A stretch of DNA of 64,000 nt from the NCBI RefSeq assembly GCF_006345805.1, contig NC_043003.1, positions 85,560,001-85,624,000 on the forward strand, written 5' to 3'. Position 1 is the stretch's first letter, and each line of letters starts with the position of its first letter. Under the pieces are notes generated by a model, which made no database searches, was not told the origin of the DNA, and saw only the letters and a list, made by a program, of their open reading frames with translations. The position numbers and the translations under genes are program-made. The DNA comes from Octopus sinensis. Its lineage: Eukaryota. Below, piece by piece: positions 51,901 through 60,660 of this stretch.

Positions 51901-54327
51901 ACTAATTGTAACTCCTACTGTGACTCCTAACCATTTTAATACTAACCATAAACCTAAGTCTAATCCTACCACACAGGGATCATAGTTTACTTGCAAGAGA
52001 TTCCATTTGTTAGATCTATAATTATCCCAAGACATTTCTGCAAGTAAGATAGTGATTTCCAAAAAAGGGTTCAGAGATCCGTTCTACCATCAAAGAGAAC
52101 ATAAAAAATAGTATGAAATTCTTGTCTCTTCTTTAAGACCATTGTGACTTCGGGGAAGTGAAATTGGGGTAGGAGGATTGGGAAAATATTTAATATGGCA
52201 TTCTGGGAGTAAGGCAGGTTTATGAAGCTGTTCAGTTTAACAAGACCTTCACTACAAAGTCCTCGAGTGTCTTAGGAAGTGTTCATTCTGTTGCAAACAT
52301 TCAAGGCAGATCCCTGTTCCCTTCATATCCACATTTCATTTCCTGCAAATGTTCAAGCTGTTCATCATTTGACCATTCTGAGATGACCTACAAAAAAAAA
52401 AGGAGATAATATAGAGAGGAGGGATCATCAAGCATTAAGGGGTTTGAACAAGAATAGGAAATAGTCAGAAAAGCTGGAACCAGTGTTTGCGTGGTAGTAA
52501 ACACAGAGAAAAGACAACATGCTGTTGGATTAATGGCATGTGAGTGATTGCAGTATGTTGCTGATTAGCCTCTGATCAGTTCTATAATGAAGATGTTCCA
52601 GTTGTGACCTACCCATTCTTTCATTCAGATATATGCCAGGGGTGTAACTAGCCTACTTATGCATACCTTTTCCTTCTTTGGACACTAAACTCTGCTTGCG
52701 AAGACCTGTTGAGGCAAGTGAAATCAAAATCAAATTCGATGACTGGCATCCGTGCTAGTGGGGTGCAAAGAGCACCATATGAGTGTGATCGTTGACAGAG
52801 CGGCTAACCGGCTTCCATGCCAGTGGCACATAAAAGGACATTATTTGAGCGTGATCGTTACCAGTGTTGCCTTACTGGCACTTGAGCCCCATGCTAGTAG
52901 GGTGCTAAGAGCACCATCTGAGTGTGATCATTGCCAGAGCGGCTAACTGGCTTCCGTGCCGGTGGCATGTAGGAGGCACCATTTGAGCGTGATCGTTACC
53001 AGCATCGCCTTACTGGCACCTGTACCGGTGGCATGTGTAAAAAGATTCGAGCGAGGTCGTTGCCAGTACCGCCTGACTGGCCCCTGTGCCGGTGGCACGT
53101 AAAAGCACCCACTACCCTCTCGGAGTGGTTGGCATTAGGAAGGGCATCCAGCTGTAGAAACTCTGCCAGATCACGATTGAAGCTTGGTGCAGCCATCTGG
53201 TTCGCCAGCCCTCGGTCAAATCGTCCAACCCATGCTAGCATGGAAAGCGGACATTAAACGATGATGACGATGATGATGATGTTGATATTATCAGGCACAT
53301 TACTAAATTTGTCCCATTTTGAAAACACTAGGGTTAAATTGAAGGATGCTTTGATTGCTATTTCTGGTAAGTCAAATGACCATATACATTGGTGAGTAAT
53401 GGTATATCAGTCAAATATATATATATAGCATTCGTTTAGATATGAATCTCTGTTTGTGTGGATAAATAATGCAATATGCAAATTTTTTTTTCTTTTTACC
53501 TTCCAACCAATACCAGTTTTAGAGAAATAGTTCTACTTGTCAAAGGAAAATCAAAATTATGAATTTTAGGTTTTGGAAAAAATGCTGAAAATCTTATAAC
53601 TCTGTTGGACTTTCAGGTAGCATATTGATGTATTTTGTTTTGTTGTTTCTTAAACATTTATTTCTTTTTGAGTAATTAAATTAGGTTAGTTTGTAACTAA
53701 TAAATCTTAACAACCAGTACAGCTACATGTGAACAGTATTTATTTCCTTATTACCCACAAGGGGCTAAACATAGAGGGGACAAACAAGGACAGACATAGG
53801 TATTAAGTCGATTACATCAACCCCAGTGCGTAACTGGTACTTAATTTATCGACCCTGAAAGGATGAAAGGTAAAGTTGACCTCCGCGCAATTTGAACTCA
53901 CAACGTAACGACAGACGAAATACTGCTAAGCATTTCACCCAACGTGCTAACGTTTCTGCCAGCTCTCCGCCTTATTGTTTTGTTGTTTTTTAAACATTTA
54001 TTTCTTTTTGAGTAATTAAATTAGGTTAGTTTGTAACTAATAAAGCTTAACAACCAGTACAGATACATGTGAACGGTACTGTAAAGTTTACGCTTGTGTC
54101 CTGCAAAGTATCAGAGTTGCAATATGTTCTGATCATGAAGAGAGAGATTATCCTTAATATCTTGTAAAATTGTAAATACCAATTCTCATTCGTATTTTAC
54201 CTTCAACTATTTTTAAAGATTCCCATTCATATTTGAGGTATAATATCAAAATAATGTCATTTTTCTGTAGGTATCTCCAGCAATATCGCCTATCATCGTT
54301 GAGGAATGTTTTGATCAAGCTGTTTGA
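25598..54327 (+). CDS. SPICE1: SPICE1/CCDC52 orthologue, spliced gene span (16 coding exons, ~825 aa)
   Basis: Manually spliced exons are all GT-AG with consistent phases. Translated blocks match recalled human SPICE1 motifs in order: MSF..KK..WD, TLTDLSVYKSNPEEL, RQLAIMKEVLYDQDQIKTVLEYSD, FPSVTAAP, ALND, EMVIYEENTG..FSGYTMSL..LCRYLRE, LIDALT, QIEELNKQH, VSPAISPI. Orthology is from recall, not from a search. Confidence 0.9.
26275..26570 (+). mobile_element. tRNA-derived SINE, long form
   Basis: ggcttagtggtt.. head, gagttcaattcc B-box, ttgtgttcttgagcaagacactttatttc core. Confidence 0.8.
27032..27230. mobile_element. pogo-type MITE (~200 bp)
   Basis: TA|ctgtattttccggcatacaagtcga ... tcaacttgtatgctgaaaaatata inverted termini; end similar to the pogo TIR at 19063-19087. 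Confidence 0.75.
27307..27354 (+). CDS. SPICE1: SPICE1 coding exon 2 (DTLTDLSVYKSNPEEL)
   Basis: tttcag| ... |gtaagc; 48 nt; matches NTVTDLTVHRATPEDL. Confidence 0.9.
27516..28330. mobile_element. Near-palindromic MITE with TTAA target duplication (Kolobok-like termini), inserted into a SINE
   Basis: ~390-bp inverted arms with a short loop; TTAA at 27512-27515 and 28331-28334; the SINE reads through when the element is removed. Confidence 0.88.
28630..29070 (-). pseudogene. Degenerate RTE LINE reverse transcriptase fragment
   Basis: Reverse complement aligns by eye with 62170-62560. Confidence 0.65.
29079..29520 (+). mobile_element. Head-to-tail dimer of a piggyBac-like MITE
   Basis: TTAACCCTT...aagggGTTAACCCTTT...aagggtTTAA; TTAA at 29079, 29292 and 29517. 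Confidence 0.8.
29894..29976. repeat. (TA)n microsatellite
   Basis: Long, nearly pure run; many other (TA)n/(CA)n runs occur throughout the window. Confidence 0.95.
30299..30377 (+). CDS. SPICE1: SPICE1 coding exon 3 (MYRKKIHQSKHLPCVKFQNDRKQNGK)
   Basis: tgtcag| ... G|gtttgt; 79 nt, ends phase 1; resembles VRRHEIHKSKN. Confidence 0.82.
30640..30890 (+). mobile_element. tRNA-derived SINE (ggctgtgtggt family) with RTE-like 3' part
   Basis: gaagcttgcttcc..gggttcaatcc..gtggatttag..ggaaactgaaagaag. Confidence 0.7.
31188..31956. repeat. Tandem repeat, 293-bp unit, ~2.6 copies
   Basis: Units start at 31188, 31481 and 31774; only a few substitutions between them. Confidence 0.95.
32195..32438 (+). 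mobile_element. RTE LINE 3' tail / RTE-tailed SINE
   Basis: gtggcacgtaaaaagcaccc..ggcgttaggaagggcatccagc..ggaaaacggacgttaaacga(tga)n. Confidence 0.88.
32454..32642 (-). mobile_element. ~190-bp Penelope/retrozyme-like non-autonomous element, copy 1
   Basis: Near-identical to 41392-41582; contains the PLE-type acgtttcg..ctcttc signature; adjoins (TA)n. Confidence 0.7.
32552..32589 (-). ncRNA. Minimal type I hammerhead-ribozyme-like motif (A6U core variant)
   Basis: Minus strand: UCUUU CUGUCGA A GAGC-GUAG-GCUC GAAAC GUA AAAGA. Stem I and stem II pair perfectly; palindromic ACGU replaces stem III. Confidence 0.6.
32639..34117 (+). mobile_element. Probable non-autonomous Helitron
   Basis: A|TCTATAAAACTGAGAATGTGTG 5' end; GC-rich hairpin cccgg-gaacg-ccggg followed 8 nt later by CTAG|T at 34114-34118. 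That both ends belong to one element is inferred. Confidence 0.55.
34184..34263 (+). CDS. SPICE1: SPICE1 coding exon 4 (DEISLNLAKLNSRQLAIMKEVLYDQDQ)
   Basis: T-rich acceptor cattag|, donor CAG|gtatgt; 80 nt; matches RRLSIMKEILSDQYQ. Confidence 0.92.
34548..34624. repeat. (TCAC)n microsatellite
   Basis: Visible in sequence. Confidence 0.9.
34860..34931 (+). CDS. SPICE1: SPICE1 coding exon 5 (IKTVLEYSDRMMDRVADLCGDHPK)
   Basis: cttttag| ... AAG|gtcttg; 72 nt; matches [20 protein letters not shown]. Confidence 0.9.
35794..35858 (+). CDS. SPICE1: SPICE1 coding exon 6 (RYQAFPSVTAAPNSETSAINK)
   Basis: ttgcag| ... GT|gtgagt; 65 nt, ends phase 2; matches RRRTGFPNVTVAPDS. Confidence 0.88.
35890..36165. 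repeat. Degenerate (CAT/TTA/CGT)n trinucleotide tract directly after SPICE1 exon 6
   Basis: Visible in sequence; source of the poly-M ORF. Confidence 0.9.
36700..36800 (+). CDS. SPICE1: SPICE1 coding exon 7 (SLPKEVPEFHSHLDTLSSSLMDVSALNDNCHKQ)
   Basis: ttacag| ... AAG|gttgta; 101 nt, phase 2 to 1; LSSSLMDVSALND resembles FNESVIEPQALND. Confidence 0.85.
37205..37405 (+). mobile_element. tRNA-derived SINE with RTE-type tail
   Basis: Head as in the 47302 family; ends ..gcagacgttaaacgatgatga. Confidence 0.7.
37727..37891 (+). CDS. SPICE1: SPICE1 coding exon 8 (ELTSASNESLPSVTYTSHSDMERFRKLLETEEKNLL...)
   Basis: 165 nt open in the required phase (1 to 1); DMERFRKLLETEE resembles TDRFLQQLTEEN. The acceptor is separated from its pyrimidine tract and the donor (C|gtattt) is weak, so boundaries are less sure. 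Confidence 0.65.
38290..39300 (+). pseudogene. Degenerate RTE LINE reverse transcriptase region
   Basis: gaagagttcaaaactggctgtccttgg..tatgcc matches EEFKTGCPWELLYA of the 62-kb copy. Confidence 0.65.
40070..40335 (+). mobile_element. RTE LINE 3' tail
   Basis: Same terminal sequence as 32195-32438, with (GAT)n tail. Confidence 0.88.
40960..41255 (-). mobile_element. tRNA-derived SINE, long form
   Basis: Reverse complement of the 26275-26570 family. Confidence 0.75.
41392..41596 (-). mobile_element. ~190-200-bp Penelope/retrozyme-like element, copy 2, inside (TA)n
   Basis: Near-identical to 32454-32642; hammerhead-like motif at 41491-41528 with one stem II mismatch. Confidence 0.7.
42185..42384 (+). 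CDS. SPICE1: SPICE1 coding exon 9 (TPQDVPGAFTP...TAVNDTTKVNKVRRVL...KDLKK)
   Basis: ttttccag| ... AAG|gttaat; 200 nt, phase 1 to 0; resembles AALNATNAVKRLQTRL. Confidence 0.85.
42536..42767 (-). mobile_element. SINE (aaggcggcgag family) nested in another SINE with a 16-bp TSD
   Basis: ggtgcattgtgttctt at 42520-42535 and 42768-42783. Confidence 0.88.
43320..43710 (+). mobile_element. tRNA-derived SINE, long RTE-tailed form
   Basis: ccggttcagtcccactg..gcaagtgtcttctac..gccttgtgagtggatttg. Confidence 0.7.
43727..43984 (-). pseudogene. LINE ORF2 C-terminal remnant
   Basis: RMPKERITK..GEQVNWLDNI..LGI....DRTVWRR resembles the RTE-type C-terminus. Confidence 0.55.
44014..44160 (+). CDS. SPICE1: SPICE1 coding exon 10 (VLEEMQREMVIYEENTGK...SGYTMSLCQTVIKLCRYLRE)
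   Basis: ttttcag| ... GAA|gtaagt; 147 nt; strong match to [32 protein letters not shown]. Confidence 0.93.
44783..44998 (+). mobile_element. tRNA-derived SINE (aaggcggcgag family)
   Basis: aaggcgtcaagctggtagaatcgttagtacgcc..ggccttgtgccaaaatttgaaacc. Confidence 0.8.
45150..45242 (+). CDS. SPICE1: SPICE1 coding exon 11 (TDEKLQEQKKLREKLSLETSELKLLIDALTL)
   Basis: ttttcag| ... TTG|gtaaag; 93 nt; coiled coil ending LIDALT. Confidence 0.92.
45331..45537. mobile_element. mariner-derived MITE
   Basis: TIRs ggggtgctgaaaagttcctgg / ccaggaacttttcggtacccc; internal GLEKLKDHCDECVNLKGEDVE* transposase tail. Confidence 0.85.
47045..47137 (+). CDS. SPICE1: SPICE1 coding exon 12 (NLIESQDKYNGLYADMKEYQRNTNEEIASLK)
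   Basis: tttcag| ... AAA|gtaagt; 93 nt; resembles LQQYMVTTDEQLISLT. Confidence 0.9.
47302..47693 (+). mobile_element. tRNA-derived SINE, full length and well preserved
   Basis: ggagtggctgtgtggtaag A-box, ggttccgggttca B-box, internal (TG)n, tail gtaaaagagtaaaagag. Confidence 0.92.
47779..48271 (+). CDS. SPICE1: SPICE1 coding exon 13, Gln/His-rich low-complexity exon
   Basis: ttccag| ... C|gtacgc; 493 nt open frame (ORF track 47755-48348), phase 0 to 1, compatible with both neighbours. Confidence 0.78.
47899..48066 (+). repeat. Coding 24-bp tandem repeat x7 (HQQLPSQT)
   Basis: catcagcagttgccttctcaaacc-like units, in frame in exon 13. Confidence 0.92.
49648..49806 (+). CDS. SPICE1: SPICE1 coding exon 14 (LFGSATEEENTNGWHD...AAFQLSPPVQRTHVSSNSK)
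   Basis: aattcag| ... AAG|gtctgg; 159 nt, phase 1 to 1; LSPP motif. Confidence 0.8.
51079..51623 (+). CDS. SPICE1: SPICE1 coding exon 15 (DPLEFLDEAEL...SQIEELNKQHEEAERLLQKFLQ...HIFNG)
   Basis: cttacag| ... GGT|gtatgt; 545 nt; coiled coil resembles [23 protein letters not shown]. Confidence 0.88.
52620..53285 (+). mobile_element. RTE LINE 3' UTR with internal tandem sub-repeats and (GAT)n tail
   Basis: 5' part matches 63490-63610; repeated gagcacca..gtgatc..ccagagcggctaac units. Confidence 0.85.
53739..53974 (-). mobile_element. SINE (aaggcggcgag family) flanked by 104-bp direct repeats
   Basis: 53635-53738 and 53975-54078 are identical except for 4 substitutions. Confidence 0.9.
54271..54327 (+). 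CDS. SPICE1: SPICE1 last coding segment (VSPAISPIIVEECFDQAV*)
   Basis: ttctgtag|GTA; SPAISPI resembles SPPMSPV; TGA at 54325-54327; exon continues to a donor at 54334|gtaagt. Confidence 0.75.
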   Translation, partial: VSPAISPIIVEECFDQAV

Positions 54328-54909
54328 TTATTTGGTAAGTGCCCTTTAAAGTGTAATGTTTGCCTCACTTATTCTTTGGCTGTTTCACTCCCATCTGTAT
54401 TGCTGTTGTTTAGTTTCCAACCCATATCTTGATAGAATCTGAGAGGACTGTCTTCTGCTCTACTTTCTACTTTGATATGGTTCCAATGACTAGATGTCCT
54501 TCCTAACACCAACCAATTTACTGAATTTACTGGTGGACGGTGTCGGGGGGAGGGGGGCTTTCTCTTGGTATTAACACTAGTGAGGTCGCCATGTTGCTCG
54601 CAATACTAAAATCCCCTTGACTGAGTGGGACTCCAGTAGAGAGAAAGAGCAAGAAAGGCAGCTTTATGTTAAGTGTCAAGAGGTAATAGATATATATATA
54701 TATATATATATTATATTAAATTAGAGATAAAACCACTTTTAGGCAAATCAAACAATGAAAAACATAAGCCAATACATAAAATTAATTAATTTATATTATT
54801 TTAAATATATATCAAAAGTATTAAAAGTTTAATAAAAGATAATGAGTAAAACACTACGATCGTTTCATGGCTGTCCATATATATATATATAGTAAAGGCA
54901 CATTCTCAG

Positions 54910-55175
54910 ACCGGGCTGTGTGTTGTGTTCTTGAGCAAGACACTTCATTTCACTTTACTCCAATTCACTCAGTGGTAGAATTGAGTTGCAACGTCACTGG
55001 TGCCAAGCTGTATCAGCCTTTGCCTTTCCCTTGGATAACATCGGTGGCATGGAGAGGAGTGTGCATGGGTGACTACTAGTTTTCCATAAACAACCTTTCC
55101 TAGAATTGTGCCTTGGTGAGAAACTTTCTAGGTGCAATCCCATGGTCATTTGTGACAAAAGGGGGTCTTTACCTT
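54910..55175 (+). mobile_element. tRNA-derived SINE, 5'-truncated long form
   Basis: gaccgggctgtgtgttgtgttcttgagcaagacactt core. Confidence 0.75.
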
Positions 55176-55244
55176 ATATATATATGTATAACTTTTTTTA
55201 TCATCATCAAAATCTAGAGTTCTAATTATATTTTATATTTTCAG

Positions 55245-55360
55245 ATGAGCTATGCGAGTCAAAGATTCCCTCGTAACCGTCCAATCAGCCTAGAAGAAAT
55301 GCCAACATCATATCACACTTCAACTACCAGTTCTTCATTCCTTATCTATTTGTATTATAT
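55245..55360 (+). other. Putative 3' UTR (or alternative terminal) exon of SPICE1
   Basis: Strong acceptor (ctaat...ttttatattttcag|) downstream of the unused donor at 54335; 3' end not determinable. Confidence 0.5.
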
Positions 55361-55764
55361 TATTTATAACTTCCTTTTTTTTTTTTCATTGTAAAATTAT
55401 TATTTTAAGATTGAGTGGTGGTGGTGGTAAAAACTGTAGAGTACCTGACTGAATGCTGAGTAACTTACAGTTATACTCTTTCATGTTCAGTTCAGACTCC
55501 ACCAGAATTTACCTTAGTTTCTCATTTCACTAGATTCAGTAAAATGAATACCAATCTTGTAGAGGAATTGGTTATTTCTAAAACATGGAATTTATCCACA
55601 GAGGCTCACCATTGGCTTGAATTTTAGATTTGTTGAAAATGATGGAGAGGACGGCATCGCACTGAATGCTCTTTCTTACCTACGTTTTACGCTTCATCAC
55701 TACAAGTTCAAATCTGACTCCGATCATCTTATTTTTTATATTTCTTTTATCTATTTTTTTAAAA

Positions 55765-56140
55765 CTTGTATCAGTCAATGAACTGCGACCATGTTGGGGG
55801 TACCACCTTGAAGGGTTTCAATCAAATGAATTGATCCAAGTACATATTTTTTTAAGGCCTGGTACTATTCTATCAGTCTCTTTTGCCAAACCACTAAGTA
55901 CACATTGATGTAAACACTAACACCAGTTATCAAGTGGTGGTGGGGAATAAATGCAAACACACACACACACACACACACGATATGTGTGACTGGCTTGTTT
56001 CAGTTTCTATCTACCTTATCCATTCGAGTCTTTGGTTGGCCCAGGGCTATCATAGAAGACATTCACCCAAGGTGCCATGCTGTGGGACTGAATCCAAAAC
56101 CATGTGTTTGGAAAGCAACTTCTTACCACATGGCCATGCC
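55765..56140 (-). mobile_element. tRNA-derived SINE
   Basis: Reverse complement of the 47302 family, degenerate. Confidence 0.75.
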
Positions 56141-56974
56141 TATGCCTTTATATATATATATTTTATTTCCGTGTAAAAGGAGATCCAGGACAGTTGGTAA
56201 AATTAGAATAAGCTTTCCTTGAATTTTGATGATTAGTATTCACTTGTTCAATCCATTGGTTGAGCATTGAAGTATTGTGTAAGTGATTGAGTATTCCATA
56301 GACATTTTTACCCTTCAGTGTAATTCTCAGTCTGAATCAGCATAATGCAGTATGTGACAAGAACGGACCTTTGCTTTGAAGTATAATCCTTTCGGCAAGC
56401 TTCCAATACAATTTCTGTCAGCCTGGTTTCATTCACAGTTTGGGGTTGACCTGACTTATTGTAAAAGACACTTGCCCAACCCAGGGCATGAATGTTGTGA
56501 ATAAAACAAAAACCAAGGCTATAATGAAGTTTGCTTCTTCCTTTTATATTTTACGTAACCAAAAATGTATAAATGAATATAAAAAAGCAATAAGAATCCC
56601 AAAAGTTTCTTAAAAATAAAAAGAGCTTTTTGAAAATAAAGTTTAAAAAATTAATTCAGTTTCCTTTATTTAATTTCACCCTCTCACTTTGTAAGTATGA
56701 GTGCAATGTTTGAGTGATCTTTAAGTACAAGTTTGTGTTGCATCGTTTTCAGTTAATATTTTCATCCAAGAAACTTCCTTCTTCTCACCTTGGTAATTTT
56801 TTTTTAATTAAAGGAAAGTAAAGTTAACCTCATTTGACACTCGTGGTAGTTGGGTTGGTTGGTTGGTTGGTTAGTTGTTTAACAACTAATGGTGTCTCCC
56901 ATCATACAATGGGAAGATATTATTAGACAGCAAGGAGTGTTTTGACAGGGATTTGACTCCTAATTCTAGCATAC

Positions 56975-57350
56975 TCTCTCTTTGACTCTTTTACTTGTTT
57001 CAGTAATTTGACTGTGGCCATGCTGGAGCACTGCCTTTAGTCAAGCAAATCGACCCCAGGACTTATTCTTTGTAACTTATTCTATTGGTCTGTTTTGCCG
57101 AACCGCTAAGTTACGGGGGTACGTAAACATACCAGCATCAGTTGTCAAGCGATGTTGGGGGGACAAACACAGACACACATATATAAACATATATATGACG
57201 GGCTTCTTTCAATTTCTGTCTACCAGATCCACTCACAAGGCTTTGGTCGGACCGAGGCTATAATAGAAGACACCCAAGGTGCCACGCAGTGGGACTGAAC
57301 CCGGGGCCATGTGGTTCGTAAGCAAGCTACTTACCACACAGCCACTCCTA
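56975..57350 (-). mobile_element. tRNA-derived SINE, full length
   Basis: Reverse complement of the 47302 family. Confidence 0.9.
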
Positions 57351-58344
57351 TGCCTATAATGTCAGTTATTTCACAGAGTTTCCTTAGGCAATGTCAGATT
57401 TTTTAATGGTAAGTCTAAAGGGAAATTTTATTTCATAAGTGTTTACCTATATACAATGTATATAGTCCACAGATGAGATCCAGGGACTCTCCGTATAGAT
57501 AATACTTAGTAGTGCTCAAAAGATTCAAACTTAGTCTGCAACGTGTTTACAGGGGATCAATTCCACAAGGTAAAGAAAGGCTATGAGAGGAATCAAGTTG
57601 AGTGGGTATAGGAGGCAATTATGCAGATAAACAAATTAGATATATTAAATAGGCAATTATGCAGATAATTACCATATATACAGTGGTTTTCCTACTTATG
57701 AACATTTGAACATACCAAATCTTATAGGAACTTATTTTGTCTGTTAGTTCAGTACTACTCTTCGCAATATTGAATACTGTACACAACATTGTGAAAAAAA
57801 TCATAATGTAGCAATAGAATATTTTATTCACCTTAAATAGTATTTTAATCTATTATGTGTTGTGTCCAGCTATATTTATTCCTCCCCTATTTTGTAAGTA
57901 TGAGTGCAATGTTTGAGTGATGTTTAAGTACAAGTTTGTGTTGCATCGTATTAATTCTATCTCTCTCCCATCACAATCTCTGGGTAACAAGGGTTACATT
58001 GGATCTATGTATAATCAATATACCATACCATCATTCTTCACTTCTGGCCATCATTCCCTCTGTCTTAGGTCTCTCATTATTAACATCTGTCACTCTCTCT
58101 TACCAGCAAACATGAAACTATCATTCCCTCCTTTAGCACTCTCACAAATAATTATTTATCTTATCTCCTTAGCAACCACGAATATGACAAAAATTAAAAG
58201 CATATCTAAACCTTTATTTGTTTTACTGATCCCCTAGCAACTAAATGTGTGGCATTGATGTAAGTTGCTGAATGGTGATATAAGTATGTCTTAGCATTTA
58301 TTTGTTTTGCCTGTCTCCTTGATTTGCAGAAATATGATGCACGC

Positions 58345-59020
58345 ATCATCATCATCATCATTTAACATCCATTTTTTCATGCTGGCATGGGTTGGATGGT
58401 TTGGTAGGAGCTGGCAAGGCCAGGAGTTGCACCAGGTTCTAGTCTATTTTGGCTTGGTTTCAACAGCTGGATGCCATTCCTAATGCCAACCACTTTACAG
58501 AATGCACTGGGTGCTCTTTAAGGTGGTTTAGGATATCAACTCTGTTCTATTGTGGTGAACAGGTCATCTTGAGTATAATAATGTGCCATATATCTTGACT
58601 CTTTGTCATCTTCATAAGAGTCAGCATTTTGAGATTGGCCTTCACTACTTCATCCCATGTCTTCCTGGGTCTCCTTCTTCCACAGTTTCCATCCACTTTA
58701 AGTGATTAGCACTTCTTTATGCAACTGCTCTCATCCATATGCTTCACATGACCAAACCAGTGCAGTCTTCTCTTTTGCACACTGCATCTTATTCGTCTTA
58801 TGCCAGACTTTTCTCTCAATGCACTAACACTCTTTCACACATATACACTGACGTTGTACATCCAGCAGAGATTACTGTCTTTGTTCCTCTCTAGTCTTTG
58901 CAAGCCCTCTGCATTCAGGGCCCATATCTTACTGCCATGTAGCATCGACGATGTTTTGACATTTGTTGTTTTGCTTGTTTCTTTTACGACCAAAAATATT
59001 AGACTCAAATTGGAAATTTG
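58345..59020 (-). mobile_element. RTE LINE 3' end (ORF tail, UTR, (GAT)n)
   Basis: (cat)n tttaacatcc tail; KTSSMLHGSKIWAL matches RTAMLHGSETWAV of the 63-kb copy. Confidence 0.75.
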
Positions 59021-59538
59021 TAGATCTAAGTTCAAACCACCTGCATAACATGAATTTATATTATTAACTGCAAAATCATTGGTAAATTATGAGATAGCTT
59101 CTTCCAAATATCATTTGCTATCATAATCATAATCTCATGCCAAGAAGTATCAATGTTGTAGATGTTATAATTCTTCCAGAATTCCACTCTTTGTCTAATT
59201 CACATCATAGCTGAAAGTTTTCCTTTGAGTGTTAGGCCTTAAAACTAGCTGTGGTACTTTGATCAATGGATTGGAAGACAGAGAGACATTGGGGGGCAGG
59301 TATATCACCATGATGTTGTTGTGGTAATTGACTAGGAATGATGGGTAACCTAGGGCATTCTCTTGACCAAGCAAGACTGAAGGGCAGATTTTTTTGCAGC
59401 AGAAAAATGAAAAACCCAATCTTCAAAAATGAATGTTGTCATCCATGCTTTAGTGGTAGATGGCTACACAACAGGAAGTAAATTTTTGAAAACATCTCAA
59501 GAACCACAAGACTTTCTGAATGATGGAGTAATAAAGGT

Positions 59539-59750
59539 TTAACCCATTAGTATTTGGATTACTCTGTCAAATGTAAAGTTTATTCACATTGTTTTGAATT
59601 AATTATACATTATCTCTTATCTTGAAGATTTTAATGATCTGATTGTATATTTTTAGAATGACATTGTAGTGTAGGTGTGAGAGCTTGGATCTGGCTAAAA
59701 CAAGTAGAATATTTTGACTGGATATAGCCAGTTAAAAAGCTAAAGGGTTT
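59539..59750 (-). mobile_element. piggyBac-like MITE
   Basis: Reverse complement of the 29.1-29.5-kb MITE unit; ttaaccc / aaagggtt termini. Confidence 0.7.
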
Positions 59751-59767
59751 GTACCAATAAGAATATA

Positions 59768-60660
59768 TTGGGTCATCCCATAAATAATGTAGTTTTTTTC
59801 AACTGGGTGAACTAAAAGTCGGAGGGAGACAGGATAAACTACCTGCATCAACTTGCTATAAAAGCAGGTAGTAATTTTACCTTGTCCTTATTTTTAGTGC
59901 AAGTTTTGAAGAGTGCAGTTCAATTTTAACAGTTATTTTTTCAAAGCTATAATGGAAGTGACAAATGGGCATATTTTGCTTTATGAGTTCAATAAAGGCA
60001 ACAATGCAATGAAAAGTGCAAGGAATATTAATGCAGTGTATGGGGATTGGACAATAAGCATAAGCCAATGTCAGTAGTGGTTCCAGAAACTACAGCTTAG
60101 AAGACAATCCTCCATCCTGGAAGATCTATAGAGTTCAACAAGCACATCCTGCAAACCCTGGTGGAACAAATCCCATCATAACTGTTGAGGAACTAGCAGA
60201 GAAGCTTAGATTTGGTCATTTAACCATTCATTGACACCTGCACTAGAAGAAAAACGACCATCTTTGGTTTCAAGACAAAAGGTGTTTTTCCATGCTAAGC
60301 CACGTGCAGCAAGGATGACATTCCAAAGGATGGAGCTATTTGAATGGGAAACGATGCCCCACCCACCATATTCGTCAGACATTGCCCCATCTGATTATCA
60401 TTTATTCCGCAGTTATCAAAATCATTTGGACGGAAAAAGTATGAATTCTGTAGATGAGGTCAGAACAAAACTGGAGGAGTATTTTTCATCATGGACAAGT
60501 GTATTTTGGAAAAGAGGCCTTGCAAGTCTACCAGATAGTAGGAAGAGCATTGTAGAAAATGAAGGAGAGTATATTTTAGATTAAAAAAGACCTTTGTTTA
60601 TCTTAATTTTGAAAAATAAAAGAAATATTAAAAAACAGCATTATTTATGGGATAACCCAA
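59768..60660 (+). mobile_element. Internally deleted mariner transposon (893 bp)
   Basis: TA|ttgggtcatcccataaataatg ... cattatttatgggataacccaa|TA; C-terminal HPPYSSDIAPSDYHLFRS..LDGK..GEYILD; HTH remnants upstream. Confidence 0.93.

Noticed and set aside
55628-55710. Candidate extra terminal exon (FVENDGEDGIALNALSY) resembling the SPICE1 EEGWFALS end
   Set aside because: Similarity too weak, and no donor found to connect it in frame; worth a glance only if RNA-seq shows the junction
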